From Planctomycetota bacterium (GTDB lineage: Bacteria > Planctomycetota > B15-G4 > SIAN01): a DNA stretch of 64,000 nt. The stretch covers positions 224,001 through 288,000 of the forward strand of contig JANNXA010000014.1 of NCBI GenBank assembly GCA_031409275.1. Direction: 5' to 3'. The notes under the pieces are model-generated. The model did not search any database. It was given only the letters and a program-made list of their open reading frames with translations, and was not told where the DNA came from. Of this stretch, positions 1-9,600 are shown piece after piece (the stretch's first letter is position 1; the number at the start of each line of letters is the position of its first letter). Made by a program: the position numbers and the translations under genes.

Positions 1-385
1 CCTGCTTGCCCTGGCCATCTTTCGGCGGCGGCGGGCTGCCCTCTTCGCCGCTCGGCGGCGACTGCTGACTCGACTCCTCCGACTTCGACATCGCGATCAG
101 CTCGTCGATCTGCTGCATCACGGCGTCCGACTTCGAGTCGGCCTCGTTCAGCAGCTCCTCGATCCGCTTCTGGTTGGCGGTGAGGGCGGTGTCGACCTTC
201 GCGGGGTCGGCGCCGTTCAACAGCAGCGCGTCGATCTCCCGCATCGACGTGCGGATCCGGTAGATCAGCTGGCGCGCGCGTTCGGTGTCGGGGTCCATGG
301 CCTGAGCGTTCGCATCGACTGCGAATCCGCCGGCCGCGGCGGCGAGCGCTCCCGCGATCACGATCCCATGCAGCGTGCGGTTCAT
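1..385 (-). CDS. Hypothetical exported protein, 3'-truncated by the window edge (last visible gene of the MoxR operon)
   Basis: Not in the ORF track. ATG at 385 overlaps the upstream TGA (ATGA). My translation: MNRTLHGIVIAGALAAAAGGFAVDANAQAMDPDTERARQLIYRIRTSMREIDALL..., i.e. a signal peptide ending ANA-Q, then a helical region and a Ser/Gln/Pro-rich linker; frame is open to position 1. Confidence 0.8.
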   Translation of the reverse strand, partial: MNRTLHGIVIAGALAAAAGGFAVDANAQAMDPDTERARQLIYRIRTSMREIDALLLNGADPAKVDTALTANQKRIEELLNEADSKSDAVMQQIDELIAMSKSEESSQQSPPSGEEGSPPPPKDGQGKQ

Positions 386-3120
386 CGCTCTTCTCCCGGC
401 TTCTTGGAATCGCCCTCGGGCGGCGTCTCGCCACTCGCCGCGTCGCCCTCGGCGTCGCCCGCCGTCACCGACTCGACGAGCTTCTCGAAGATCTCGGTCA
501 ACTCCGAATGGCGGTGGCCGAGCCGTTCGAGCAGCGCGAGTCGCGCGGTGAACAGCTCCGGATCCTGCTCCGCGCGCGCGGTGGTCCGCAGCGAGCGGAC
601 ATCGTCCTGAACGTCCTGCTCGAGTCGCTTGAGCAGCAGCAGCTCGGCGACTGGCGGCACCAGACGCTGCACCTGCTGGCCACCCGACGGCGGCGGCTTG
701 GGCGGCTCGCCGTTCTTCTGCTCTTCCTGCTTCTTCTTGGCCGCCTCCTGGCGACGCTTGCCCTCTTCGTCGAGCGACTGCAGCAGGCGATCGTAGCGCG
801 AGACAACGTCGGCCGCGAGCACCTGCACGAACTCGCCCGTCTCCGCATCGCGGCCCGTGAGGCGCTCGCGCAGCTGCGCGAAGTCGGCGTTGTTCTTGCC
901 GAGCACCCACGGGAAAGTCGGCGACGCCTCGGCCGCGAGCTTGTCGATCAGCTCCTGGTTCTCCTTGCCGATCGCTTCGGCATCGACCGTGAGCTTCTCG
1001 ACGCGCGGCCGCAGCCGACGCGGCAGCTTCTCGGCGCCGGCGCGATCGGTGTCGACCGTGACGAGCCCCTGCTCGAGTTCGGCCGATCGCGTGCGCAGCT
1101 CCTTCAGCTTGTCCTTCAGGCGGAAGAGCATCTCTTCGGAGCGGAGGTCCTGATAGAGCTGCTGCTCCTCCTCGAGCTGCTTCTGCATCTCGTCGAGGTT
1201 CTTCTCGGCCTGCTTCTGCTGATCGACCGCTTCCTCGTCCCCACCCTGATCGAGCTGCTGGCGGGCGCGCTGCATGTTGCGCTGCGCGGAGCCGCCCTGC
1301 TGCTGCCCCTGGTTCTGTTTGCGTTCCTTCATGCGCTGCATGAGGTCGCGCAGCTGCTCTTCGAGCTGGCGCTGCTCTTCGGCGAGCTGCTGGCGTTCCG
1401 CCCGCTCGGCCGCCTCGTCGCGCTTCTCCTGCTGCGCCTGTGCCTGCTGCGCCGCCGCTTGCGCCTGCTGCGCCGCCTTCTCGAGCGCCGCCTCGGCCTG
1501 CTGCTGCGGAGCCTGCGCCTGTTGCGGCTCGCCGCCGTTCAACTGCTCGGTCGCCTTCTGCATCTCCTTCGCGGCGTCCTTCAACGCTTGCTGGAGCGCC
1601 TGCTGCTGCTCGGGCTTCATGCCTCCGGGCGACGGCTTCGCGGACGCCGGATCCGAGGGGTTCTGCCCGTCCGACGGCGGCGTCAGCTGGCGACTCTCCT
1701 GCGCCGCGGCCTCGGCCTGGGCGCGCAGGAAATCCTGGCGAGCCGCGAGCGCTTCGGCCGCGCGCGCCTGCGCCTGCTGCTGCGTCGCTAGCGCTCGCTG
1801 CGCCTGCTCGATCTTCTGCAACGCCTGCTTGGCCGCTTCGAGACCGGGCGCCGCCTTCTGCGCCGCGAGGTCCTGCTGCGCCTGTTCGAGCTCCTCCGCG
1901 GCCTTGGCGAGCGCCTGCTGCGCAGCCTCCGATGCCTCCTTGCGATCGGCCGCTTGCGCGCCCGGCTGCGCGGCGGCCCGCTGCGCCTGCTCTTGCGCGC
2001 TGCGGGCGAGCGCTTCCGCTTGCGGCGCGAGCTCGCGCTCCTGGTTCGCGACGCTCGCCGCGGCGGCAGCGGCATCGGGCCGCTCGCGCCCATCGAGCGC
2101 CTTCTCGAGCGCCGCCTCGGCGGCTTTCAACGCCGCCTCCGCGGACTGTTGCTGCGCCGCGTCGGGACGCGCCGCGCCGGCCGCGGGCGTCGCCGCACGC
2201 AACGCCTCTTCGACTTTGCGCATCTCCTCGCTCAGCGCCGGCGCGCGCTCGACGATCTCGCTGCGCGCCTCTCCCAACCGCTGCGCCGCTTCGAGCAGCG
2301 CCTCCGCCTCGCCGCGCTCGAGCGCACGGCGGGCCTGCGTCAATGCGCTGCTGGCTTCACCCGCCCGCTCGCGCGCCTGCTCTTCGAGCTGCGCGACGAC
2401 GGCCTTCTGCCGCTCCGCAAGCGCGGCCACTTCCTTGGCGAGCGCCTCACGCGCAGCAGCCTCGGCAGCGCGCTCCTCGGGCGTGCCCGGCGGCTGCTCC
2501 GCAGCGGCCTGCGCGCTCTCCTGGGTCAGCGCTTTCTGCTTGGCCGACAGCTCCTCGAGCTTCTTCGCGAAGTCCGCGAGCTTGCGTGCCGGATCGCCGG
2601 TCGACTCTTCCGTCTTCTCGCGCAGCTCCTGCTGCTCACGACGTACGTCGGAGAGCTCCGCGATCGACTGCTTCATGTCGGCGAGCTGCTTCTCGAGCTC
2701 GTTCAGCGCGCGTTGATCGCGCAGCAGATCGAGGACCGCGCTCAGGTCCTTGAGCAGCTGCTCCTGCTGTTCGGGCGACTGCAGATTCTTCGGGTCGGCC
2801 AGCAGGTCGAGCAGCTTGTCCTTGCGCGACTCCAGATTGCGCGCATCGATCTCCCCCATCGCCTTGCGCAGCAGCTCGGCCTGGCGCGCCTTGCCTTCCG
2901 AGTCGAGCTTGGCGGCGAGCCGCTCCATGCGCTTCTTCAGCGAGGAGAGGCGGTCGAAGAGCTGCTCCTGGTCGTTCAGGACGCGTTCGCGATCGTCGTC
3001 ACCGCGCACCGCGGCGCGCGCGGACCACGGCAGCGCGCTGACGACGGCCATCAGCAGGAGCAGTCGCCGCGGGGTGCGTCGTGGCGTGGCGGGCGATGAG
3101 TCGTGGAGACGATGCAACAT
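382..3120 (-). CDS. Large exported Gln/Ala/Glu-rich coiled-coil protein (DUF4175-like)
   Basis: ORF 382..3222; better start ATG 3120 (MLHRL) preceded by GGAGG. Signal-peptide-like N-terminus (RRLLLLMAVVSALPWSARA), heptad-rich helices and QQQ-rich linkers. Confidence 0.7.
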   Translation of the reverse strand: MLHRLHDSSPATPRRTPRRLLLLMAVVSALPWSARAAVRGDDDRERVLNDQEQLFDRLSSLKKRMERLAAKLDSEGKARQAELLRKAMGEIDARNLESRKDKLLDLLADPKNLQSPEQQEQLLKDLSAVLDLLRDQRALNELEKQLADMKQSIAELSDVRREQQELREKTEESTGDPARKLADFAKKLEELSAKQKALTQESAQAAAEQPPGTPEERAAEAAAREALAKEVAALAERQKAVVAQLEEQARERAGEASSALTQARRALERGEAEALLEAAQRLGEARSEIVERAPALSEEMRKVEEALRAATPAAGAARPDAAQQQSAEAALKAAEAALEKALDGRERPDAAAAAASVANQERELAPQAEALARSAQEQAQRAAAQPGAQAADRKEASEAAQQALAKAAEELEQAQQDLAAQKAAPGLEAAKQALQKIEQAQRALATQQQAQARAAEALAARQDFLRAQAEAAAQESRQLTPPSDGQNPSDPASAKPSPGGMKPEQQQALQQALKDAAKEMQKATEQLNGGEPQQAQAPQQQAEAALEKAAQQAQAAAQQAQAQQEKRDEAAERAERQQLAEEQRQLEEQLRDLMQRMKERKQNQGQQQGGSAQRNMQRARQQLDQGGDEEAVDQQKQAEKNLDEMQKQLEEEQQLYQDLRSEEMLFRLKDKLKELRTRSAELEQGLVTVDTDRAGAEKLPRRLRPRVEKLTVDAEAIGKENQELIDKLAAEASPTFPWVLGKNNADFAQLRERLTGRDAETGEFVQVLAADVVSRYDRLLQSLDEEGKRRQEAAKKKQEEQKNGEPPKPPPSGGQQVQRLVPPVAELLLLKRLEQDVQDDVRSLRTTARAEQDPELFTARLALLERLGHRHSELTEIFEKLVESVTAGDAEGDAASGETPPEGDSKKPGEER

Positions 3121-3134
3121 GAACCAGCCTCCGT

Positions 3135-5474
3135 TCAGCGGCCACCGCTGCCAGGCAGCGGCGCAACCACACCGCGCGCCCGACGATTGATGTCGTCCTG
3201 GTCGTCGACGAGTCCCTGCCAAAGGTCGAGGATCTCCTGGTAGTCCTCGAACTCCTCCATCTTCTGCAGCAGCAGCGTGTAGATCTCGATCACCTTCTGC
3301 TGCGACGCCTGAGCGCCGACCAGCAATCCCAGCCGATCACCGGCGCGGCCGGCGAGACGCGCGCCGCGCAACTGCTCGAGCGCCCGCTGCGCATGCTGCT
3401 CGCTCGCCTGCAACGCGAGGTCGACCATCACCAACAGGTTGCCAAGCTGCTGCAAGGCACCGAATTCGCCGGCCGCATGCGCCGCCGCCAGCTTCGTGTA
3501 CGGAGCGAAGTCGAAGTTCGGGCCCGCGTCGGCCACCTGCAGTTCCAAGACCAGGAAGCCGACCGCGCGTTCCGCCGTCGGCGTCGGATCGAGCCGATTC
3601 AGCACGAACTCGGCCCCGATCTCGCACAGGTCGCGCGCCGCCTGGCGGGCGCTGCTGCCGACCCGCCCCTGCTCGACCTCGACCGACGTGAGCTCTCGCG
3701 TCTCGATGGCGCCGTCGCCCTGCGCGGCCAGCAGCGCGGCGAGGCCGGCGCTGCGCTCTTCCTGCGACTTCTTGGTCGACAGCACGCTCTGCTTCACGCG
3801 CTGCTGACGATCGTTCAACTTGCGCAGCTTCTCGCTGACGCTCACGACGTCGATCCGGCGGCCCGGCGCGGAGGTGACGTTGTGCGCCGGCGTGCCGGAG
3901 GGCTGCTCGCGGTTGTCGGCGACGGTCGCCGTGTAGAGGATCGACTCGCCCTCGGCGAGGCGCTCGAGCAGCGTTCCCTTGCCAAGTTCGAGGGTGGTGA
4001 GGTCGAGCGTCGAGTCGAGGACGTGCGGCTCGCCCGTGCCCGGAAGCAGCGCGAGCTGTGCACTGCCTTCGCCTTGCAGCGCCAGATGGCGGACCGCCGG
4101 ATCGTCGCCGCGCTTCAGATCGAGAGCGACGACCGTGACGCCGTAGTCATCATCGACGAGCAGCCGGAACGGGACCACCGCCTGCGCGGTCGCCTCGAGG
4201 TCGGAGACGGTCGGCCGCGCGATCTCGAGCACCGGCTTGCGATCGGCGAGCACGGTCAGCGGATAGTCGATCGGATGGAGGTTCTTGAAGCCGTTCTTGC
4301 CGGTGAGGTGCAGGTTGAGCGTCCCCGACTCCTCGGCGAGCACGCTCCCGCGCCACAGCCCCGGCGTCTTCGCGTCGGCGACCAGCGGCCGCGCCGTGCC
4401 GGGATCGCTGTGCAGAGTCAGCTCCGCTTCGCTGACGTCGCCGGCGGTCGCGACCTCGAGTTCGAGGAGCGTGCCGGCCGGCACCGCGAAGTCCTGGCGC
4501 TCTTCCCGCCGCGACGGTCGCTGCGTGTAGGCCGGCGGAGTGATCGTCGCCACTAGCCGTTCAACGGTCGGCGGCGGCACCACCTCCACCACCAGCGCGA
4601 TCGAGTGGCCGGGATCGTCGCCGCCCGCCGCCGACAGCTCCATCGGCCGCGTCGTGTTGCGGAAGCGGTAGCCGAATTCACCGGCGCCACCCTCGCGCGG
4701 CGCCATCCGGATCTCCTCCGAACCGGCGCGCCCCCCTTCACGCACGATCAGCAGCACCTCATCGGGCACTGAACCGCGCGCGCGCACCACGATCGGCAGG
4801 CTCCCGCCGCGCGCGACGAGGACGCGGCGCGCGACGCCGTTGGCATCGCGCTCCACCCGGAAATGGGTCGACTCGGAGGCCGCGGCGACATCGAGTTCGA
4901 GATGCGTTCGGCGCGGCCAGTCGCGATCGGCGCCGACGAATCGTTCGAGGAAGATCCACGCTTCCTCGCGCCGGAGGAGTGCGAAGCCGGCGACCAGCAG
5001 CGTCGCGACCGCCGCCAACCCACCGAGCCGGCGCAGCAACCGCGGCTCGAAGATCGCATCGAAGGCGACGGTCGCCGCGCGCGACGACGTCGCGGTGCGC
5101 CATTGCTCGAGCAGTTCCGGCGAGACGTCGGCGGCGGGCGCGGCCGCCGCTTCGACTTCGACCATCGAAGCGAGCGCACCGTGCAGCTCGGGGTGGCGCC
5201 GCTCGACCGCCAGCGCCATGTCGCGCGCCACCACGCGCTTGCGCAACGGCCGCGCGATCAGCATCCAGAAGCGGACGGCGAAGCTCAGCGCCGCGATCAC
5301 CAGGACGAACTGCCGCGCGCCGACCGGCAGCCAGAGGAAGCGGTCGACGGCGAACTGGAGCACCAGGAAGCCGGCGCACTCGGCCAGGAGCCGCAGCGCG
5401 CCAGCGACGAGCCAGCGGCGGCGGAGGGCCGCTCGCAGCGATTCGAGGCGATCGGTGATGGGATGCAGGGTCAT
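3135..5474 (-). CDS. Membrane-anchored protein with Ig-like beta domains and C-terminal helices (DUF4175 family-like)
   Basis: 779 aa; three N-terminal hydrophobic helices; ALAVERRHPELHGALASMVE, ITPPAYT and DDYGV motifs, as I recall them for DUF4175-type proteins in MoxR clusters. Confidence 0.7.
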   Translation of the reverse strand: MTLHPITDRLESLRAALRRRWLVAGALRLLAECAGFLVLQFAVDRFLWLPVGARQFVLVIAALSFAVRFWMLIARPLRKRVVARDMALAVERRHPELHGALASMVEVEAAAAPAADVSPELLEQWRTATSSRAATVAFDAIFEPRLLRRLGGLAAVATLLVAGFALLRREEAWIFLERFVGADRDWPRRTHLELDVAAASESTHFRVERDANGVARRVLVARGGSLPIVVRARGSVPDEVLLIVREGGRAGSEEIRMAPREGGAGEFGYRFRNTTRPMELSAAGGDDPGHSIALVVEVVPPPTVERLVATITPPAYTQRPSRREERQDFAVPAGTLLELEVATAGDVSEAELTLHSDPGTARPLVADAKTPGLWRGSVLAEESGTLNLHLTGKNGFKNLHPIDYPLTVLADRKPVLEIARPTVSDLEATAQAVVPFRLLVDDDYGVTVVALDLKRGDDPAVRHLALQGEGSAQLALLPGTGEPHVLDSTLDLTTLELGKGTLLERLAEGESILYTATVADNREQPSGTPAHNVTSAPGRRIDVVSVSEKLRKLNDRQQRVKQSVLSTKKSQEERSAGLAALLAAQGDGAIETRELTSVEVEQGRVGSSARQAARDLCEIGAEFVLNRLDPTPTAERAVGFLVLELQVADAGPNFDFAPYTKLAAAHAAGEFGALQQLGNLLVMVDLALQASEQHAQRALEQLRGARLAGRAGDRLGLLVGAQASQQKVIEIYTLLLQKMEEFEDYQEILDLWQGLVDDQDDINRRARGVVAPLPGSGGR

Positions 5475-5477
5475 GCG

Positions 5478-6638
5478 TCAGCGCTGCAGGATCGGGAGGT
5501 AGCGGTACGGTACCTGCAGCACGATGCAGGCCACCGCCGTGGAGAAGTTGCGGCCCGGGCCGACCGGATTGGGCCACGCTCCGTCCGCCGCCTGCGAGAA
5601 GGCGGTGCCGGTCTCGAGCAGCTCGCCCGACACCGAACGCCAGTACGTGTCCCACCAGCGGTCACCGGTGATGAACATCGCCTGAGCCGCGTAGTAGTGG
5701 CCGTACCAGTAGAAGTAGTGGCAGCGCCAGTCGGGCCGCGACACGCGCCGCTGCTGCTCCTGCAGGAACTCGAGGCTGTTGCGCAACGTCGAGGTGTCGT
5801 AGCGCGCCGCGTGGTAGAGCGAGGTGATCCCGGCCGCCGTCAGCGCGAACGAGGAGCGCGACATGTCCTCGTCCTGGTACTGGTAGCGAAACGCCCCTTT
5901 GCCGAGCGCGTAGTAGCCGCCTTCGTAGACGTCATGGAAGCCAGGCCAGCCCGGATCGTCCTGAACCTGGCTCGCCTTCACGTATTCGACCGCGCGATCG
6001 ATCGTGTCCGCCGGCACTCGAATGCCGACGTTGCGCGCCGCGCGCAACGCCATCAACTGGCACACCGTGATCGACATGTCCGACTCGAGCGCGAACGGCT
6101 GGTAGCGCCACGATCCGCGCGTGTTCTGCGAGTTCTTGATCAGGTCGATCGCTTTCTGCAGCGCCGCGCGCACCTCGTTGCTGGTGGTCTGACCGAAGAC
6201 CTCGGCCAGGAACAGCGTCGCGAAGGCGTGGTCGTACATGCGCGATTCGCGATACGTGATGTAGCCCTGGTCGTTCTGGTGGGCGATCAGGAACTTCACG
6301 GCGCGGTCGAGCACGCCGCCGTAGGCACCGCGATCGGGCAGGTGGCCGCCCGCCAGGAACGCCATGCCGCACAACGCGGTGACGCCGATGTGCGGGACGT
6401 CGGCCTCCTGCACCGTGTAGTCCTGGTTGACCTTGAAGCCGACGCTGCCGATCCAGCAGCCATCGCGCTGCTGCGTCTTGGCAAGGAAGTCGAGTCCGCG
6501 ATCGACCGCCGCCACGACGCGCGGAGTGATCTCGGTGGCGACATCGTCGCTCGCCGACGCGCGCCCTCCCGGCGCGATCGATCCGGCGAACAGCGTCGCC
6601 CACAGCGTCGCCGCTGCCACTCGGCCGAGCGTTCCCAT
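5478..6638 (-). CDS. Exported prenyltransferase/squalene-oxidase-repeat (alpha/alpha-barrel) protein
   Basis: ATG 6638 preceded by GGAGG; signal peptide; QW-like repeats QQRDGCW, HQNDQGY, SQNTRGSWRY, QAADGAW; MYDHAFATLFLAE and SDMSITVCQLMALRAA. Confidence 0.8.
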   Translation of the reverse strand: MGTLGRVAAATLWATLFAGSIAPGGRASASDDVATEITPRVVAAVDRGLDFLAKTQQRDGCWIGSVGFKVNQDYTVQEADVPHIGVTALCGMAFLAGGHLPDRGAYGGVLDRAVKFLIAHQNDQGYITYRESRMYDHAFATLFLAEVFGQTTSNEVRAALQKAIDLIKNSQNTRGSWRYQPFALESDMSITVCQLMALRAARNVGIRVPADTIDRAVEYVKASQVQDDPGWPGFHDVYEGGYYALGKGAFRYQYQDEDMSRSSFALTAAGITSLYHAARYDTSTLRNSLEFLQEQQRRVSRPDWRCHYFYWYGHYYAAQAMFITGDRWWDTYWRSVSGELLETGTAFSQAADGAWPNPVGPGRNFSTAVACIVLQVPYRYLPILQR

Positions 6639-6640
6639 GG

Positions 6641-9600
6641 TCACCTCCACCCCAGCACCCGCAACGTCGACTCCTGGCGCAGCGCAACCCACTCGCCGCT
6701 GACGACCAGATCGTCACGCTGCCCCGGCCGTCCGCCATCGAAACCTTCACGAGCCAGCACCTGTCCGCTCGCCTCGTCCAGCACGATCAGGTCGGTTCGG
6801 TAACGCCCGCCCGCGTGGTACTGCAGCGCGGAGAGCAGCGCCCCGCCGCGTCGCAGCAGCCGGTCCGGCAATATGATCTGCACCGTGTTCTCAGGCACTT
6901 CGAGATCCTGGCGCCAGAGCGATTCACCGTTGCCGGCGACGAGCGCGAGCTGCGCCGGACCGCCCTTCCTCCAATCGACATAGCCCTGCACCCGCACCAG
7001 CGCCTCCTCGCCGAGCACGAGGATCCGGCGGAAACTGTCCGCCACCGCGGGCGGCAGCGGCTGCAGCGGCGAAGCGGCGCCCGTTGCGGGATCGACCAGG
7101 AGGACGCCGGCGTTCGTGGCGACGCCGCCGAGCAAGGCGAGCCCCTCGGCGGCGAGGTAGGTCGTCTTCAGCTTGTAGGCGAGCGGCAACAGGTCGACTT
7201 CGAACGCGACCTCGTCACGATCGAGACGCCAGCCCACCACCCGCGGCACGCCACCCTGCCGTGTCGCCGCTTCGCCCGGCGCCGGCCGGGTGTCCGGCAA
7301 CACGACGACCTGCTGCGCCGGCAGATAGAGCGGCGTGCAGATGCCGCTTGGCGCCGGCTTCGCATCGAGCCGCCGCGCGCCGGTGATCGCGTCGAACACC
7401 TCGACGGTCTGGCCGCGCCGGCCGAAACTCGTCACGATCCCGACGCCAGCGGTGGCCAGCATCTGGCTCGCGCGCGAATCGGTGCCGACGCAGTCGAGCA
7501 TCGCGACGGAAGTGCCGCTGCGCGGCTCGATCAGCGCCAGCGTGACCGGGTCCCCCTCTTCGCCCTGAGTCGGCGGCGTGCGCAACGTCACCAGCAACAT
7601 CCCGCTGGTCGAGGCGAGCTCGGCGGCGTCGCGATCGAGCTCGCGCGTCCAGCGCTCGGCGCCGCTTTCGAGGTCGATGCCGGTGAGCTGCGAGCCGCGT
7701 TTCGTGACGAGGACGCCCGCGACCTGCACGAAGTTGAGCGCGTACTCGTTCTGCCGCGGGCGCCGCAACGTTCGCCGCCACCGCTCCTCACCGGAGGGCA
7801 GCGCGAGGCGCGTCACGGCCAGATCGAAGCCCTGCTCCAGCACCAGCACCGAGTCGAAGTCGGGGGGCAGCGGCTCGCCGCGCAACGGCCGCTCGGAACC
7901 GCCGAGCACGACGCTGTTCGGTGCCAACGTGAGCGTCGCCACCGCTTCGAGGCGACCCGCCGCCGGCAGCGCCACGCGCGTGTCGTTCGCGAGGGTGGCG
8001 AGATCCTCCGGGAGCGGCGACTCGGCGTCGCGCACCAGTCGTGCGACCAGCGCTCGCGCCAGCGGCTCGTTGCCGATCTCGCGCGCGGCACGCGCCAGCT
8101 CCACCTCGGCGGAGCGCTCGAGCGACCGATCGGTGCGGCCGCGCAGGATGCCGGTCCCCACGACGAGCGCGTCGAGCGGTCGCCGTGCCGTGCGCAACAG
8201 CAAGAGCTCCTCGGCCACGTAGCGCGGCGCCGAACGCGCGCTTGGATAGCGGTGCAGCAGCAGCGCCAACCGCTCGACGTCGCCAGCCGCGACCGCGGCC
8301 GCGAACGCGGTCTCCGCCTCGCGGTCGTAGCGCTCGCGCAACGCCGGCGGACCTTTGGCGAACAGCGCGTCGACACGTACCTGCGCGATCGCCGCCGATT
8401 CGCCCGCAGCGAGCATTTCGCTCGGCAGATCGGACTGCAGCCGCTGCAGCTCGGCCAACGCCGATTCGATCGCGCCGCGCCGCTCGTACCGATCGGCAAG
8501 CTCCATCCCGACGCAGATCGCCACCGGCACCGGCCGCGCCGCGAGTGTCGGCACCATGACGCGGGCCGTCGCGAAGGCGTCGCGCAGCCGCGTCAGCCAA
8601 CGCAGCGCGCGCTCGTCCGCAGCGTCGGGCGCCACTTCCGCCAGCAGCTCGAACACCAGATCGGTGCGCTCCTGCGCGTCGTCGGCGAGCGCCTCGGCCT
8701 CGATCAGCGCGGCCGCGAAGCGCTCGCGGTCGCCGCTCTTTCGATACGAGGCGGCCAGTTCGCGCAGGGTGGCGCAGCGGGCCGCGCGCGCGCGCAGCAG
8801 CTCGACGGGAAGCGCGTCGGCCGCGAGTTCGAGCGCGTGCGCCAGCGTGCGGGAGGCCTCTTCGAGCGCCCCCGACTGCCGCTCGAGGCTGCCGATCCGC
8901 GTCAGCAGTTCGAGCGTCTCGCCGCGAGCGAGCTGCGCGCGCAGCTCGCGCAACGCCTCCTCGGGATCGAAGGCGATTCGAACCGTCGTCTGTCCCGCCG
9001 CGAGCAGCAGATCGGGGAAGACCAGCAGGTTCTTCGCCTCGCCCGTGTACCAGGGCTGCCGAGCCAACGGCCGTCCGTTGCTGAGGTCGAGCACGAGGAG
9101 TTCGTCCTCGGTCGCGAGCCAGACGCGACCGTCGGTGAGCGCCGCCGTGCCGCGCAGCTCGAGCGGCCGACCGCGCGGCAAGGTCGCGTCGGGATAGTTC
9201 CAGACCGCGCGGCCGTTGGCGAGGTCGAGCGCGGCGACGCTGCCGCCGCTGGCGATGACGGCACGGTCTGCCGTCACGCCGATCAGCTGCGACGACGGAT
9301 AGTCCGTCTCGGGACTCGCGAGCGGCCGCGTCCAGCGCGTGATGCCGGTGGCTGGATCGAGCGACAAGAGGCGCTTCGAGTCATGCGGCGCGAAGAGGGC
9401 GAGGTCGGGTCCGGCGAGCGCGCCGCGGTTGTACCAATGGACCGGACGCGGCAGGTTGCGGAAGTAGTTGTTCGGCTCGGTGATGCGCAGCGCGTCGTAC
9501 TCCGCGAGCCAGCGCAAGTCGCCGAACGCCGCGTCGACCGCCGCCACCAGGCCGACATTGGTCGACGCGTAGAGCGTGCCGTCGGCGAACGCCGGGCAGC

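Noticed and set aside
1200..2800. Repetitive CTGCTG/GCCTGC-rich DNA resembling a tandem repeat array
   Set aside because: Explained by Gln/Ala/Glu-rich coiled-coil coding; no fixed-period repeat or spacer structure, so not CRISPR.
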